From a virus: DNA of 64,000 bases. How positions within the stretch are numbered: the stretch's first letter is position 1; each line of letters begins with the position of its first letter. Where the stretch lies: IMG/VR virus record IMGVR_UViG_3300035188_001379, positions 1 through 64,000 of that record. The stretch is one strand, 5' to 3'. This document shows positions 26,850 through 37,420 of the stretch, piece by piece. The translations under genes were made by a program, and so were the position numbers. A model generated the notes under the pieces. That model saw only the letters and a list, made by a program, of their open reading frames with translations, was not told where the DNA came from and searched no databases.

Positions 26850-29192
26850 ATGACAGCTGACTTATTTAAAGGAGTAGTAATCACATCCAACGCAGGATCT
26901 AGAGCAGTAACTGTTGTACGCGAAACGTCAGGAGACATGCGTACAGCAGACGGAGGAAAGCTGGTACAGGCTACAGTGCTTTCTTCGGTGTTGTCCCACT
27001 TTATGGGCTTCAAAGACTGCTCTTTACCTCAACCAGGTACACGAGTACTTTGTTTGGCTGAGTCTAACAATAACTGCTATGTGCTTGGTAGTATGCCTCA
27101 GCCGACACTAGGCAAGGCAGAACTATCCTCTCGCGCCATGCTAGGAGCTGGAGACGCCATGGGTGACGAAGCCAACCGCAAAGGGCACGTAGAGAAGTTA
27201 CCTGCAATTCACGAAGGCCGACGCCCTGTAGATGTCGTAGATGGTGAATATGTGGTCGGCAATGAGCTGGGTGTACTGATTGGTTTGTACCAGGAAATGG
27301 CAAATCTTAAAGCCTCTGAGCTTGCACAGATTCAATGCTACCTTCTAGATGATCTTGTGCGCGTGATTAGCCATAATTTTCAGCACTATACTGCACTGGG
27401 AGAATATAATATATATCATGACGGAAAAAGGATTATGGCGGAGTTTGGAGCTACCCATAAACCTGCAGAATCCTATGGTGCTCCTGCGGTATCATCCGAC
27501 TCAGGAGCGTTTCAAACCTTTTCTGAAGATGGCGGACATACCGTAGATGATTCTTCAGACTTTTATAAAATCACTAAAGACGAAAGAATTAAAGCGATCG
27601 AGAGGTTCAAGATTTTTCTAGGTAGTGTGGGAGACTTTCTTCATTTGTTTCTCGTAAGACCGCACAATGAAAAGTTTAGAATGCTTAACCCAGATCAAAG
27701 TTTATCTGACAGTGACTTTGACACAGGATTATGTGACGTACATATAGGCACAGACGGCGGAATGCATCTGCGTAGCGTTAAAGAGGTATTCATAGAGAAA
27801 ACAAACTGGATTCGTGTACCTCTTAGAAAATCTGCCCCTGACGATCCCAAAGGAGACGACGCTTCGTCGCTAAGCTATGAGCAGAAAGAAAACTTTCAGT
27901 TCGTCGATGACTATTCTTACAAAAGCAACCCATTTACATATGCGCTGCAGATACGCGACTATGTAGCCTATGTGAACGAAAAATTAGGGTATCAAAACTT
28001 TAAATCCCACGAGAAGGATTTTGGAGTCAGCGATGATGTAGACGCAGAGCAGAATATAAGTAAAGAGTCTCAGGTAGACAGTGAAACACAGCTCGATCTA
28101 CAGAAATTTAAATTGCGTACAGCTGGGATATATCTAATGCCTAATGGAGGCATCACAATCAGAGATGCTTGGAATTCAGCTATTGTAATGGAGGGAGGCA
28201 GCATCTATATTCAGCCAGCTAAAGATCTAGTTTTACAGCCTCTCCGTAACGGTATACTCAAGGCAGGAGACTCGATAAACATTAGCAGTAAGAAACATCT
28301 GGATCTATCTTCTACCGAAGAGGGGTTCAGGCTAAAAACAGAGAAATCTCAGTACTACTATTCTGACAATGGAGGCTACGTTGTAGAGACTAATGGGTCA
28401 GGAGACACCACAGGCGTACCAGAGCCTACGGAGGAGGCTATAGACGACGTAGGCGGCATAGTATTCAAGTCTAAGCTCAGCATCTATAACTATGCAGAGA
28501 AAGACATTTTGAACTACGCAAAAAAACAGTTCCTAGTAAAGGCGTTGACCAATATAGATATGTATGCAGAAGACACGCTATCTCTATACGGCAAGTCTAA
28601 TTTGCATTCTTTTTCGGACGGACTGATTTTGAGTCTTGGACAAACCTCATTAGCGCTTGCGGAAGGCTCAGCAATATTGGCAGGCTCAGGATCTACGGTA
28701 CTAGGTCAAAAAGACCAAAACCTAGGGGTCATGTACGACGATGAAAGTCCGTTCATTGATGTTATTAAAGGTGTACTAGACACTCCGACTATATTAGCAG
28801 AGCTAGAGAAAGCTAAAAAAGATAAAGACAAGATCCTCGAAAGAACTACTTTTTACGAGGAAGCTAAGTTCGACAACCTTAAGTTTAAATTTTTAAAATC
28901 TTATAAATATAATCTGACACCTACAGAGGACTCGATCCCTATGTCTATTGCGCAGCAGGACGATCTTCTTTCTGGAGCTTACGGGCTATCAGAATGGGAG
29001 GAGAAGGAAATCAACGAAAGCTTACCTTATCCAGGCAAGGAATTGTTTGAAAACTTCTACTACTCTTCAGAAAAACCTGTTAACCTCGAAAAGAAAAGTG
29101 TTAGTGAGGACTATACAAATAAACCTAAACCTGAGAAAACTCCTGCAAAAATAACGCTAGAGTCTTTGATGAAATACAAAGTACAATCATAA
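26850..29192 (+). CDS. baseplate central spike or hub protein with an N-terminal OB-fold (gp5/VgrG-like, putative)
   Basis: GVVITSN..RAVTV...PQPGTRVLCL OB-fold-like start; repetitive beta-strand C-half. Confidence 0.55.
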   Translation: MTADLFKGVVITSNAGSRAVTVVRETSGDMRTADGGKLVQATVLSSVLSHFMGFKDCSLPQPGTRVLCLAESNNNCYVLGSMPQPTLGKAELSSRAMLGAGDAMGDEANRKGHVEKLPAIHEGRRPVDVVDGEYVVGNELGVLIGLYQEMANLKASELAQIQCYLLDDLVRVISHNFQHYTALGEYNIYHDGKRIMAEFGATHKPAESYGAPAVSSDSGAFQTFSEDGGHTVDDSSDFYKITKDERIKAIERFKIFLGSVGDFLHLFLVRPHNEKFRMLNPDQSLSDSDFDTGLCDVHIGTDGGMHLRSVKEVFIEKTNWIRVPLRKSAPDDPKGDDASSLSYEQKENFQFVDDYSYKSNPFTYALQIRDYVAYVNEKLGYQNFKSHEKDFGVSDDVDAEQNISKESQVDSETQLDLQKFKLRTAGIYLMPNGGITIRDAWNSAIVMEGGSIYIQPAKDLVLQPLRNGILKAGDSINISSKKHLDLSSTEEGFRLKTEKSQYYYSDNGGYVVETNGSGDTTGVPEPTEEAIDDVGGIVFKSKLSIYNYAEKDILNYAKKQFLVKALTNIDMYAEDTLSLYGKSNLHSFSDGLILSLGQTSLALAEGSAILAGSGSTVLGQKDQNLGVMYDDESPFIDVIKGVLDTPTILAELEKAKKDKDKILERTTFYEEAKFDNLKFKFLKSYKYNLTPTEDSIPMSIAQQDDLLSGAYGLSEWEEKEINESLPYPGKELFENFYYSSEKPVNLEKKSVSEDYTNKPKPEKTPAKITLESLMKYKVQS

Positions 29193-29195
29193 CCT

Positions 29196-29711
29196 ATGGA
29201 AGACCAACCCCTATTCAACACCTCTATTGAGCTAAATAATGACGTGGCAAAAGAGCCCCTGATTTCAGACTCTGATAAAGAATCTTTTTTTAAGAGTATT
29301 TTAGCTGACCGCCCCTACGAAGAAACCTGCTCACTTTTTGACGGTAAACTATCTCTTGTTTTTAGAGCGATGACCGTTCAGGAAAATACCGATGTGGTTA
29401 ACCAGATTGTCGCAGACAGAAAAGCAGGTACAGCATCAGACACAGATGCGTATTTCATAACCATTGCTACTTATAGGCTGGCGATGTGTTTGGTGTCTGT
29501 CGATTCTCAGCCATACTCTTCTATAACCAAAGAAACCTTCAATAAGGCGAGCGACGACGAATCGTACGTTTTGGCTAGAGCCAGACCTATGGCTCACTGG
29601 TCTACCTCAAAGCTGAGCATATACCTTGATGCCTTTAGGTTATTCGAGTCTAAATTGGTTAAACTTAGTGCAGAGGTACAAAACGCAAATTTTTGGAAGG
29701 CCAGCGCGTAA
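29196..29711 (+). CDS. tail assembly chaperone (gpG-like)
   Basis: 171 aa, two ORFs upstream of the tape measure, with a slippery site at its 3' end. Confidence 0.75.
   Translation: MEDQPLFNTSIELNNDVAKEPLISDSDKESFFKSILADRPYEETCSLFDGKLSLVFRAMTVQENTDVVNQIVADRKAGTASDTDAYFITIATYRLAMCLVSVDSQPYSSITKETFNKASDDESYVLARARPMAHWSTSKLSIYLDAFRLFESKLVKLSAEVQNANFWKASA
29687..29693 (+). promoter_or_regulatory. programmed -1 ribosomal frameshift heptamer A_AAT_TTT
   Basis: X_XXY_YYZ in frame with the chaperone; a -1 shift enters the 29693..30064 ORF. Confidence 0.75.
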
Positions 29712-30064
29712 GATTGCTTACAGAGGGGTATTTACGCGGCTGGCTGACTTTTGAATACCCGAACACTAGTTCCTACGTTCGGGAAGAAATAATCCTCAGC
29801 TATATTGAGGATGAGCGCCTCTATGCGCTTTTAAAAAACAGGTTAAACATGGAGACCGTGCTGAGAAGCACGATGACTTCGAAAAGCAAGAATTTTCTTG
29901 ACCCTGTCTATAAAGTCGCCAACGAGCTCATAGGATTAAAATTGCCTTTGCTTAAGCCAAAAGATAAAATAAAGGATAAAGTCCATCCAGACACAGGTAC
30001 TCCGTATACTCGTGAACAGATAGATGAATGGAAAAAGATGTTAGCTGAGCTCAATAAACAATAA
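29693..30064 (+). CDS. frameshift extension of the tail assembly chaperone (gpT-like part of G-T fusion)
   Basis: -1 frame ORF overlapping the chaperone, with only a TTG start, ending at the tape-measure ATG. Confidence 0.7.
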   Translation: MEGQRVRLLTEGYLRGWLTFEYPNTSSYVREEIILSYIEDERLYALLKNRLNMETVLRSTMTSKSKNFLDPVYKVANELIGLKLPLLKPKDKIKDKVHPDTGTPYTREQIDEWKKMLAELNKQ

Positions 30065-33000
30065 TGGAAAGCGATTTCAACAGTTTTGACCCGTTTGAAG
30101 ATAACTATGAGTATTCTCATATGGGCAGGAATTTTGGTAGTGCCCCGGTTAATGCTGCGATGCATCATTTATTTGGGCGTCACCTATTGCCTCAGCCTCG
30201 TGACGGGCAGGACATGTATGATGCTCTGATTCAAAGAGAGCGTTCCCAGCATTTCATGAATTTACAGAGTTCGAGCTTTTCGAACAATATGCTCAATCAA
30301 GCCATGGGGATTAGCGGTCCTGCTGCTGCAATGATAGGTAGAGTGGCAGGCAGTCCTGACGGAGGATTAGCCCGTATGCTGTCCCCTTTAGTTGGAGGCA
30401 ACCCTATGGCAGCCAGTATGCAAACTTACGCCGGACTGTCTGGAGCCAGCACCATGGGGGCTTTTGGTAGGTTCTCTTCTATCACTGAGGAAGAAACCCA
30501 GGGAGTTATGAACTCTCTAGCCAATAACTTCTATAAAACTCAAAAATTTGAGGGCAAGGGAGGCATAGCTGAAGAATTAAATATTAAAAATCGGGATTTC
30601 TTAAATGCACTTATAGATAAAAATGACGAGAACAGTATTAAGCATTTAAGAGACTCAGGTATTGCTGTAGACACCGATAAGAAAGGAAAAATAAAAGATC
30701 CTGACAAGCTTAAAAAACAAATAGCAGATCTAGACTTTACGTCAGGCTTTAGAGCAGGTGAGGCAGAAGAAATTCAAAAGGCGCAGATTACTTCAGGACT
30801 AGGGCGAGACATGTCTAAAATTCTTAACGAGACAGATGCGACAGTCAAAGCTGCGCTCGAAGAAAGAATGGAGAAAATATTTAAAGCCACAGGTGTTACA
30901 ATCAGTGGTCATGTAAAGTCCGCCCCTTCTACAGCTGAAAAAACAGCAGCAAGGCGAGATCTAGCAGCAGACTTATTTAAATCTCTCGATGATTTGAAGG
31001 CTGCTCCTGAAGCTGAAAAAGCAAAGATCTCTGAGCAGGTTAAGCAGCAGTTCCGTGACCTCGGAATGAGTGAGCAGGCAATTAAAAAGACAACAGATAA
31101 GCAAGGTGTTGTATCTGCAGATGCGGCAACTAGCTTAGCTGAGGAATTTGTATTAAGAGGAGCCTCCAATACCGCAGAGAGTAAAACCGCAGAAAGACGA
31201 GAGCGCGCTTCTGCCCTTTTTAAATCTTTAGAAGCTCTCAAAGCAGCTCCAGCCACCGAAAAAGAGAAAATATCTACAGAGATTAAGCAGCAGTTCCGAG
31301 AGCTAGGAGTAAGTGAGCAAGCCATTAATAAAATAGCCGACAAGAAGGGTGTTGTGGCGACTGACGCAGCAAATAACCTAGCGGAGGACTTTGTTACAGG
31401 TAAGACAGCGACACCAGCAGACAGGACAACAGAGAGACGAGGGCTCGCAACCGAACTATTTAAAACCCTTGACGCACTTAAGACTGCTCCTGAAGCTGAA
31501 AAAGCAAAGATCTCTGAGCAGGTTAAGCAGCAGTTCCGAGAGCTAGGAGTAAGTGAGCAAAGAATAAAGAAAGTATCTGATGAAAAGGGCACTGTGCTAG
31601 CTGACGCAGCTAGTGGTCTTGCCGAAGATTTTGTGATGGGCAGAACAGAGGTAACTCCTGCGGAAAAAGCTGCTGCAAGAAAAGACCTAGCCTCTGACTT
31701 GTTTAAAACCCTCGACGCTCTCAAAGCTGCCCCTGAAGCTGAAAAAGCAAAGATCTCTGAGCAGGTTAAGCAGCAGTTCCGTGACCTCGGAATGAGTGAG
31801 CAGAGGTTGCAGAAAATATCCGATCAACAAGGGATTGTATCAGTTGATGCCGCTAAAAAACTAACAGAAGACTTTGCAGCAGGCAAAACAGACTTTGTAG
31901 AAAAAGAGTCCAAGGAGTCTACGCAGGCCAGAGACGCTATCGCTATCAAGACTGTTAGGAAATCCAAGATACTAGACCTAATGCAAGAGGCTAGTGCGCA
32001 GTTTGAAGAGAGCACTGACACTAGCAAGGCAGGCAAAGAGGATAACAAAAAAGCTAAAGAAAAGTTTGAGCAGACTAGTAAAAATACTTTTAAGCAGCTG
32101 CAATCTGAGACGATGAGTGCTTTGGGTATTACTGAGAAGGAATACGTTCGTCGATACTTAGACAAGGACCAGAACGTAATGATGGATAAGCTAAAAGCCG
32201 ACGTGGAAAAGTCTACTCAGCTTAATAGCGGAGAATCTGCGAGAGTAGCCGCAGACGCTACAGGTGCTTCTGGCTTTAGGCGCAAGGGGGTTAACTTTGA
32301 AAATACCAGAGGTTTCAAGGTAGAAGATTTTACGTCAGCCTTCAGCAAGGCTGCTGAACTTAGGATGCTAGGTGACGCTCGAGGCAAGAGCCCGGAAGAG
32401 ATGATGGACGCATTCTCAAAAAATGCTGGAGGCGTCATGTCTGCTGCACGCTCCCTTTTCGGCAATAAGTCTGGAGGAGAGCTAATGCAAAACTCTAGAG
32501 ATTTGATGGGGCTAACCTCGATGGATCTGTCTTCTGAAGACGGAGCTAAGGATGTAGAAGATATGCTACGCAAAGTTAAGTCTACTGCTCGAGTAGCAGG
32601 GCTTAGTGTAAAGCACATGCTAGGCATCATAGAAGCTACTCGTGATCTCGCCAGAAGCAACCCACAGCTGCAAAACATGAATCAAGGGTCGATCACTAAC
32701 CTAGCTGTAGCCTCTACGATGCACGCAGCTTCTGCTGGCGCAAGAATGAGCTCAGCAGATTTCACGAGTGCTGGAGGAGGACAAGGCATAATGGCAGCCG
32801 AGTCAAAGTCCTCCTTGGCCTTTGCGCAATCCGGTACAGGCAGGTTGATGGCTGTCGCTTTAGGGCAGGCTAAAGCAAAAGGCAGAGAAAAAGAAATGAT
32901 GAAGCTTATCGAAGAAGGTAAATTCGACGCTTCGGCGTTAGCTAGAGGAAGTTACTCTGAGATAGCCTCTGTAGCCGGTTTGAGTACAGGCTCACTTTCG

Positions 33001-34401
33001 TATATGGCGAACGATCCCTTGGTAGCTCAACGCTATATGAAAGATAAAACTATAGCCGACACAGTTACCGGAGCAGCAGGAGATAAGCAAATCGCTAGGA
33101 CTATGTCCAGGGTCATAGCTAGAGGCGTTTTTGGGAAGAGCGGGCAAGAAGAAAAACTAGCAGATCTTTATAAGAAGTCTAAAGAAGCAGGGATGTCTGA
33201 CAGTGATTTCGAAACAAAGTACATAGACCCAAACCTTAATTCAGCTCAGCGCGCCGCCTTTCAAACACATAAAGTTAAGTTTTTCAGAGAAATGAGGGAC
33301 AGAAATCTGCCAGAGCCTGTAAAAAACGCGCTAACTAAAATCAGAGATGCTGATATGGAAGCAGCTAAGAAAACTTCCAAAGAAATGGAAGGAAAGACAG
33401 GCTCACTAGCTTCGCAAGCAATTTCTGCTTTTTTGAATAACGAGGGAATGGACAATATTGGAGATGCTCTCGTCGGGATGTTTGCCACGAACGGAGATGC
33501 CCGTAGCAAAGACTTGAATCAAAAAGCTCAAGACGCAGCTAAAGGGCTGTATGACAGCATTAGAGATAAAGGTAAAGGGACAGACAAAGAAAGGTTAGAT
33601 CGTATAGATGTTAAGGACAATAAGGGTGTCTCTGACCTAGACAGACTAAATCAAGTTATAGATGCGCAGAAAGACCAGGCAATGCAGACTGGAGATACCA
33701 CGCGAGCCTCTAAATTACAGCGTTTAACTAAAAAAGATATAGTTGCGTTGCAAAGGTCTAGCGGCGAGACGACAGCCGAAGGAGCCAAAAAAAGGCTGGA
33801 GGAATTGAGAGCCAGAAAGAACGCTGGCGAAGCTCTTAAACCTGAGCTGCAGCAGCAGATGGAAACTCTGGAGGCACAGGAAAAGCTCACAGGAGGCTTC
33901 ACAAATCAACAAGCCTATGAAGCCGTGTCGTCAAAGAAGATATCAGGGCTGGTAGGAGGGTTGTTGGTAGGAGGCAAAGCTTCTGCAGAAAAAGCCTCGT
34001 TGGAGGAGCGCAAAAAGGCAGCCTTTGCCACGATGGACAGTCAGCTCACAGAGCTGGCTAAAGACGATAAATCTATTGCCGCAGCTCAAGAGTTTTACAA
34101 AGACAAAGGAGGAGCACAGCAGCTTGCTGAAGATTTACAAAAAGGTAAGGGAATGTTTGCGGATAAGGCTACGCGTGATAAATATCGTCAGGGTAGTCTT
34201 GGAGCTATTGTGGAAGGCACAACTTCTGCGATAGCAAAAGAAGAAGAGCGGCTGAAAGGTTCAGGAGAATTACCTGCAGCTGAAGACGCAGCTACTGCAG
34301 GCTTTAAATCCGCCTTAGCTCCTATATTAGAAGCAATCAAAGGAGGAGACTCTCTTAAAGTCGCGATAGAGAAATTAGCGACAGCGATAGGAAGCTTTTA
34401 A
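30064..34401 (+). CDS. tail tape measure protein
   Basis: 1445 aa, Ala/Lys/Gly-rich helical, with internal repeats; follows the G/GT pair. Confidence 0.85.
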   Translation: MESDFNSFDPFEDNYEYSHMGRNFGSAPVNAAMHHLFGRHLLPQPRDGQDMYDALIQRERSQHFMNLQSSSFSNNMLNQAMGISGPAAAMIGRVAGSPDGGLARMLSPLVGGNPMAASMQTYAGLSGASTMGAFGRFSSITEEETQGVMNSLANNFYKTQKFEGKGGIAEELNIKNRDFLNALIDKNDENSIKHLRDSGIAVDTDKKGKIKDPDKLKKQIADLDFTSGFRAGEAEEIQKAQITSGLGRDMSKILNETDATVKAALEERMEKIFKATGVTISGHVKSAPSTAEKTAARRDLAADLFKSLDDLKAAPEAEKAKISEQVKQQFRDLGMSEQAIKKTTDKQGVVSADAATSLAEEFVLRGASNTAESKTAERRERASALFKSLEALKAAPATEKEKISTEIKQQFRELGVSEQAINKIADKKGVVATDAANNLAEDFVTGKTATPADRTTERRGLATELFKTLDALKTAPEAEKAKISEQVKQQFRELGVSEQRIKKVSDEKGTVLADAASGLAEDFVMGRTEVTPAEKAAARKDLASDLFKTLDALKAAPEAEKAKISEQVKQQFRDLGMSEQRLQKISDQQGIVSVDAAKKLTEDFAAGKTDFVEKESKESTQARDAIAIKTVRKSKILDLMQEASAQFEESTDTSKAGKEDNKKAKEKFEQTSKNTFKQLQSETMSALGITEKEYVRRYLDKDQNVMMDKLKADVEKSTQLNSGESARVAADATGASGFRRKGVNFENTRGFKVEDFTSAFSKAAELRMLGDARGKSPEEMMDAFSKNAGGVMSAARSLFGNKSGGELMQNSRDLMGLTSMDLSSEDGAKDVEDMLRKVKSTARVAGLSVKHMLGIIEATRDLARSNPQLQNMNQGSITNLAVASTMHAASAGARMSSADFTSAGGGQGIMAAESKSSLAFAQSGTGRLMAVALGQAKAKGREKEMMKLIEEGKFDASALARGSYSEIASVAGLSTGSLSYMANDPLVAQRYMKDKTIADTVTGAAGDKQIARTMSRVIARGVFGKSGQEEKLADLYKKSKEAGMSDSDFETKYIDPNLNSAQRAAFQTHKVKFFREMRDRNLPEPVKNALTKIRDADMEAAKKTSKEMEGKTGSLASQAISAFLNNEGMDNIGDALVGMFATNGDARSKDLNQKAQDAAKGLYDSIRDKGKGTDKERLDRIDVKDNKGVSDLDRLNQVIDAQKDQAMQTGDTTRASKLQRLTKKDIVALQRSSGETTAEGAKKRLEELRARKNAGEALKPELQQQMETLEAQEKLTGGFTNQQAYEAVSSKKISGLVGGLLVGGKASAEKASLEERKKAAFATMDSQLTELAKDDKSIAAAQEFYKDKGGAQQLAEDLQKGKGMFADKATRDKYRQGSLGAIVEGTTSAIAKEEERLKGSGELPAAEDAATAGFKSALAPILEAIKGGDSLKVAIEKLATAIGSF
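30931..31893 (+). repeat. four tandem 240-243 nt (80-81 aa) repeats in the tape measure (boundaries approximate)
   Basis: TTAAGCAGCAGTTCCG recurs at 31040, 31283, 31523 and 31766; protein unit LFK(S/T)L..LK.AP..EK.KIS...KQQFR.LG.SEQ. Confidence 0.9.
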
Positions 34402-34418
34402 CCATAAAACTATAAAAT

Positions 34419-34862
34419 ATGCCAGCATCATTCGTAGATTCCGGGGGAGGAATATTTGGAAAAGGAGGAGGCGCACAAGGGCTTGTTACTGTGCCCTCAG
34501 TAGATGACATCGTTTCAAGTCAGGGCAATCTAGCGATCTACGACTCTGTGAGTGTACAGGTCAACGACACCATTCAATTCTTTTTAACCTTTGATGACAT
34601 TGTAAAGTATGTCTTTTTTGGTAAAGGTATTGGTTCGGTGGTGGCAGAAGGAACAATGTACTCAGCATGCGAAGGGGGCATACCTGGCTTAAGAGCCTGT
34701 GCAAGCGCAGTAGGGCAATTAAGAGGCCAAAAGGTTGATGTTTCTTTGGGCGGGTTCGCTGTATCAGCAATACTCACAAGCGCTCAAGTGACTGTGATTA
34801 GCGAGCCTGACATTATGGGTAGATTTGTTTTTAACTTCGCAGCTATCGACCACCACATGTAA
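34419..34862 (+). CDS. tube-like baseplate (tube initiator) protein, putative
   Basis: 147-aa beta-rich protein directly after the tape measure. Confidence 0.5.
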   Translation: MPASFVDSGGGIFGKGGGAQGLVTVPSVDDIVSSQGNLAIYDSVSVQVNDTIQFFLTFDDIVKYVFFGKGIGSVVAEGTMYSACEGGIPGLRACASAVGQLRGQKVDVSLGGFAVSAILTSAQVTVISEPDIMGRFVFNFAAIDHHM

Positions 34863-34863
34863 T

Positions 34864-35808
34864 ATGGTAAATCACTTCGCATCTTTACTAAGCAACCTTA
34901 ACCTTTATGCCATGGCGCAGACTGCGGTAAGCTATCTGCTGGTCGCTAGCGACAACCATAATGTTGTCTCAAGCGACTCATATCTTATCGAACTTGCAGG
35001 AGAATATGAGAGATCTGCTGAAATGGTGCAACTGGTTAGTCCTATCGTAAATAGGAATTTTAATCAAATAGACCTTCCGCAGGAGCTAAAACCATTTTAC
35101 AATATTCTTTTTCCAGAGTCGGCTTCCAACTACTATAAACAGTTTTTGTTGTATTGCTACTTACGCATTGTAGATTCTACAGATCGCCGTGAAGAAATTA
35201 AGAAATATGACAACAGAGTGTCATATAATCTAGACCTAATTCGTGATTATTTTAAGTTTAACAGAGTCTACCTAGATGACACTAACCCGAAAGACTATAA
35301 GTTGCTGGTTTTTGGCAAGCTGCTCTCGAGCACGTCTGCAAATTTTTATTCCAACAGCTTTCTAATATCTCAAGTACCTAATACGCCAGGCGTACAGGTG
35401 TACTCTTCCACGCAAAATCAATTCTATAAACCTTTCAGTTTACCTACCCCATCATCAAATAATTCAACTATTACACTATCCTCAACCAGGGCAGGTATCA
35501 CCGATCCTGTTCCTGTGGGAGATACTGGGTTGTTTTTCAGTATTGTAGGCAGCTTTGATAACTTCCTGTCACCCTATTCGAGATCCTGGAAATTTACAGC
35601 TGAAGCGCCTTTTCATTTTGACTTTTCTGCCAAGATGGTAGAGTTTGAAAATTATCAGCATGTTGTGGATAAAATGCTGAACTATAGGAAAAGTGAATGC
35701 AATGCCTCGCACGAAAATCTATGGAATATGCATCACAGCGATGTTTATAGATTTGCTGGCTTATTGCTCGCTTACGTAGAACGAGTGAACTTAAATTATG
35801 CCAGCTAA
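34864..35808 (+). CDS. baseplate-region hypothetical protein
   Basis: ATG at 34864 preferred; assigned by position only. Confidence 0.5.
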   Translation: MVNHFASLLSNLNLYAMAQTAVSYLLVASDNHNVVSSDSYLIELAGEYERSAEMVQLVSPIVNRNFNQIDLPQELKPFYNILFPESASNYYKQFLLYCYLRIVDSTDRREEIKKYDNRVSYNLDLIRDYFKFNRVYLDDTNPKDYKLLVFGKLLSSTSANFYSNSFLISQVPNTPGVQVYSSTQNQFYKPFSLPTPSSNNSTITLSSTRAGITDPVPVGDTGLFFSIVGSFDNFLSPYSRSWKFTAEAPFHFDFSAKMVEFENYQHVVDKMLNYRKSECNASHENLWNMHHSDVYRFAGLLLAYVERVNLNYAS

Positions 35809-37420
35809 AGCAGAAGTCACAGTAACATCAGGCCTTCCCGGATCGGTCACAGGGGTGAGTATTACCTATCAGGTGGGTAGCATTCCTTATGCGACTATAG
35901 ATCTTATTACAGAAGGAGGCGCAGCTCTATTTAGTAGTTTAGAGCAGGACAAGCGAAAGCCCTACGATATTGATATCTCTTGTAAAGTACATTCGGGGCA
36001 AGATGAAGAAACCAGGACTTTGAAATTTGAAGGGGTACTGGACGGGTTGTCTGTTTCTAGTACTGTAGGTAGGTCGCATTTCCAGGCTGTGCTGAAGAGT
36101 AAAATGCAAAAGCTCCTTGAGCTCACGACATTGACTCCTGGCTTGTACCCGTCCTCGATCAACATATATAAAATGCCTGATTTTAGCGTGATTGCTGACG
36201 GGGACATGGTGACGTCTTGGGGTGTTTTTGACGAGGACGGTAAGCTCCCCTACGATAAGGAACCTATCGTTTTTTATACAGAATTACTTAAAACTATCCT
36301 CGAGCTACAAAGCGGAGATTTTCAGAAGTTTCTAGGTGTTGAGCCTTTGATGGATGAGTCGAAACCTTATCAAAAGCTATACAACGATAAGCGATATAAG
36401 AAGGCAGCAAAAGACGCTTTTGAGCTTTTTGACAAGAATGTAGATATATCTGCGGTTTCTGGAGGAGGGTCTGCAGCTGCAGGTGTTCCAGTTGTTTTTG
36501 ATAGCATTCAAAACATGTTCCTTAACGGGCCGAATGTTTTACTGGAAAACTACATGAATTTTTTGGCGCAGATGGGTTGCAGTTTAATTTTTGGTAACAC
36601 TAAAGTATGGGCTGTTCCCATGAACACTGTAATTAAACCTGCGGGAGGTTCTCCAGAAGGAGGAGGGAAGCTGCAAAGCGAACCAAATGCCGCAGGTCCT
36701 GCGGATTGTGTAGCCTATAGTTACAACGACGTAGGTTACAGAGACATTGCGTGCGTCATTGTTAATGGAGAAAATTTGGCAGGAGGCGTAGATATAGGTA
36801 CGCCAGCTTTCACAAGAGATCACTTAGCACACTTCATAGAAGAAGACGGGCTTTCTCAAGCTTCAGGGGTATTAGTAGTTAAAAATCATCCATGGATGGC
36901 AGCCTTTCCCACCAAAGCGGTTCCAGCTGACGCTGAAGAGACAAAAGAAAAGCTAGACCAGCAGGATAGCATGTATGAGTCTAAAAAAAGTTTTGACGAC
37001 GGCTCTGAAGAAGCAAAAGAAGTAGCTGAAGCTATTGAAAAGAAAAAAGAGGATATAGTTGATGCTGCTCAAGAGGTCCTTGAAAACTATGCACTTACTA
37101 AATTTCTACAAGCGCGCTACGGAGATCGCCAAGGGTCGATAACTCTAGACTTCAATCCTAAGTGGGTTCCAGGTACAGGGGGAACATTGTATGTGCGAGA
37201 AATCTCTACCACGCTATCTTTCTATGTTACAAGCGTTGTCCATCATATAGACCTATCTCCTCCCAATTCAGGTACAGCCATTACCACAGTTAGCTTCACT
37301 TGCGGCAGATCTGGCGATGGTCCTCAAGGAGCAAAAGAAGATAAGTTTTTGAACTACAACGCCGACAAAGAGAGCGACGTGCAAAAAGCTTTTTTAAAAG
37401 ATATAGGAGCAAGCGAATGA
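35798..37420 (+). CDS. baseplate hub protein (gp27/gpD-like, putative)
   Basis: 540 aa; FEGVLDGLSV; C-terminal RQGSITLDFNPKWVPG...FYVTSVVHHI typical of hub proteins. Confidence 0.6.
   Translation: MPAKAEVTVTSGLPGSVTGVSITYQVGSIPYATIDLITEGGAALFSSLEQDKRKPYDIDISCKVHSGQDEETRTLKFEGVLDGLSVSSTVGRSHFQAVLKSKMQKLLELTTLTPGLYPSSINIYKMPDFSVIADGDMVTSWGVFDEDGKLPYDKEPIVFYTELLKTILELQSGDFQKFLGVEPLMDESKPYQKLYNDKRYKKAAKDAFELFDKNVDISAVSGGGSAAAGVPVVFDSIQNMFLNGPNVLLENYMNFLAQMGCSLIFGNTKVWAVPMNTVIKPAGGSPEGGGKLQSEPNAAGPADCVAYSYNDVGYRDIACVIVNGENLAGGVDIGTPAFTRDHLAHFIEEDGLSQASGVLVVKNHPWMAAFPTKAVPADAEETKEKLDQQDSMYESKKSFDDGSEEAKEVAEAIEKKKEDIVDAAQEVLENYALTKFLQARYGDRQGSITLDFNPKWVPGTGGTLYVREISTTLSFYVTSVVHHIDLSPPNSGTAITTVSFTCGRSGDGPQGAKEDKFLNYNADKESDVQKAFLKDIGASE

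Noticed and set aside
30909-33912. Long minus-strand ORFs opposite the tape measure (e.g. 271 aa)
   Set aside because: These are antisense shadows of a repetitive, codon-biased gene; the products are Ser/Ala/Leu-rich and carry no motifs.
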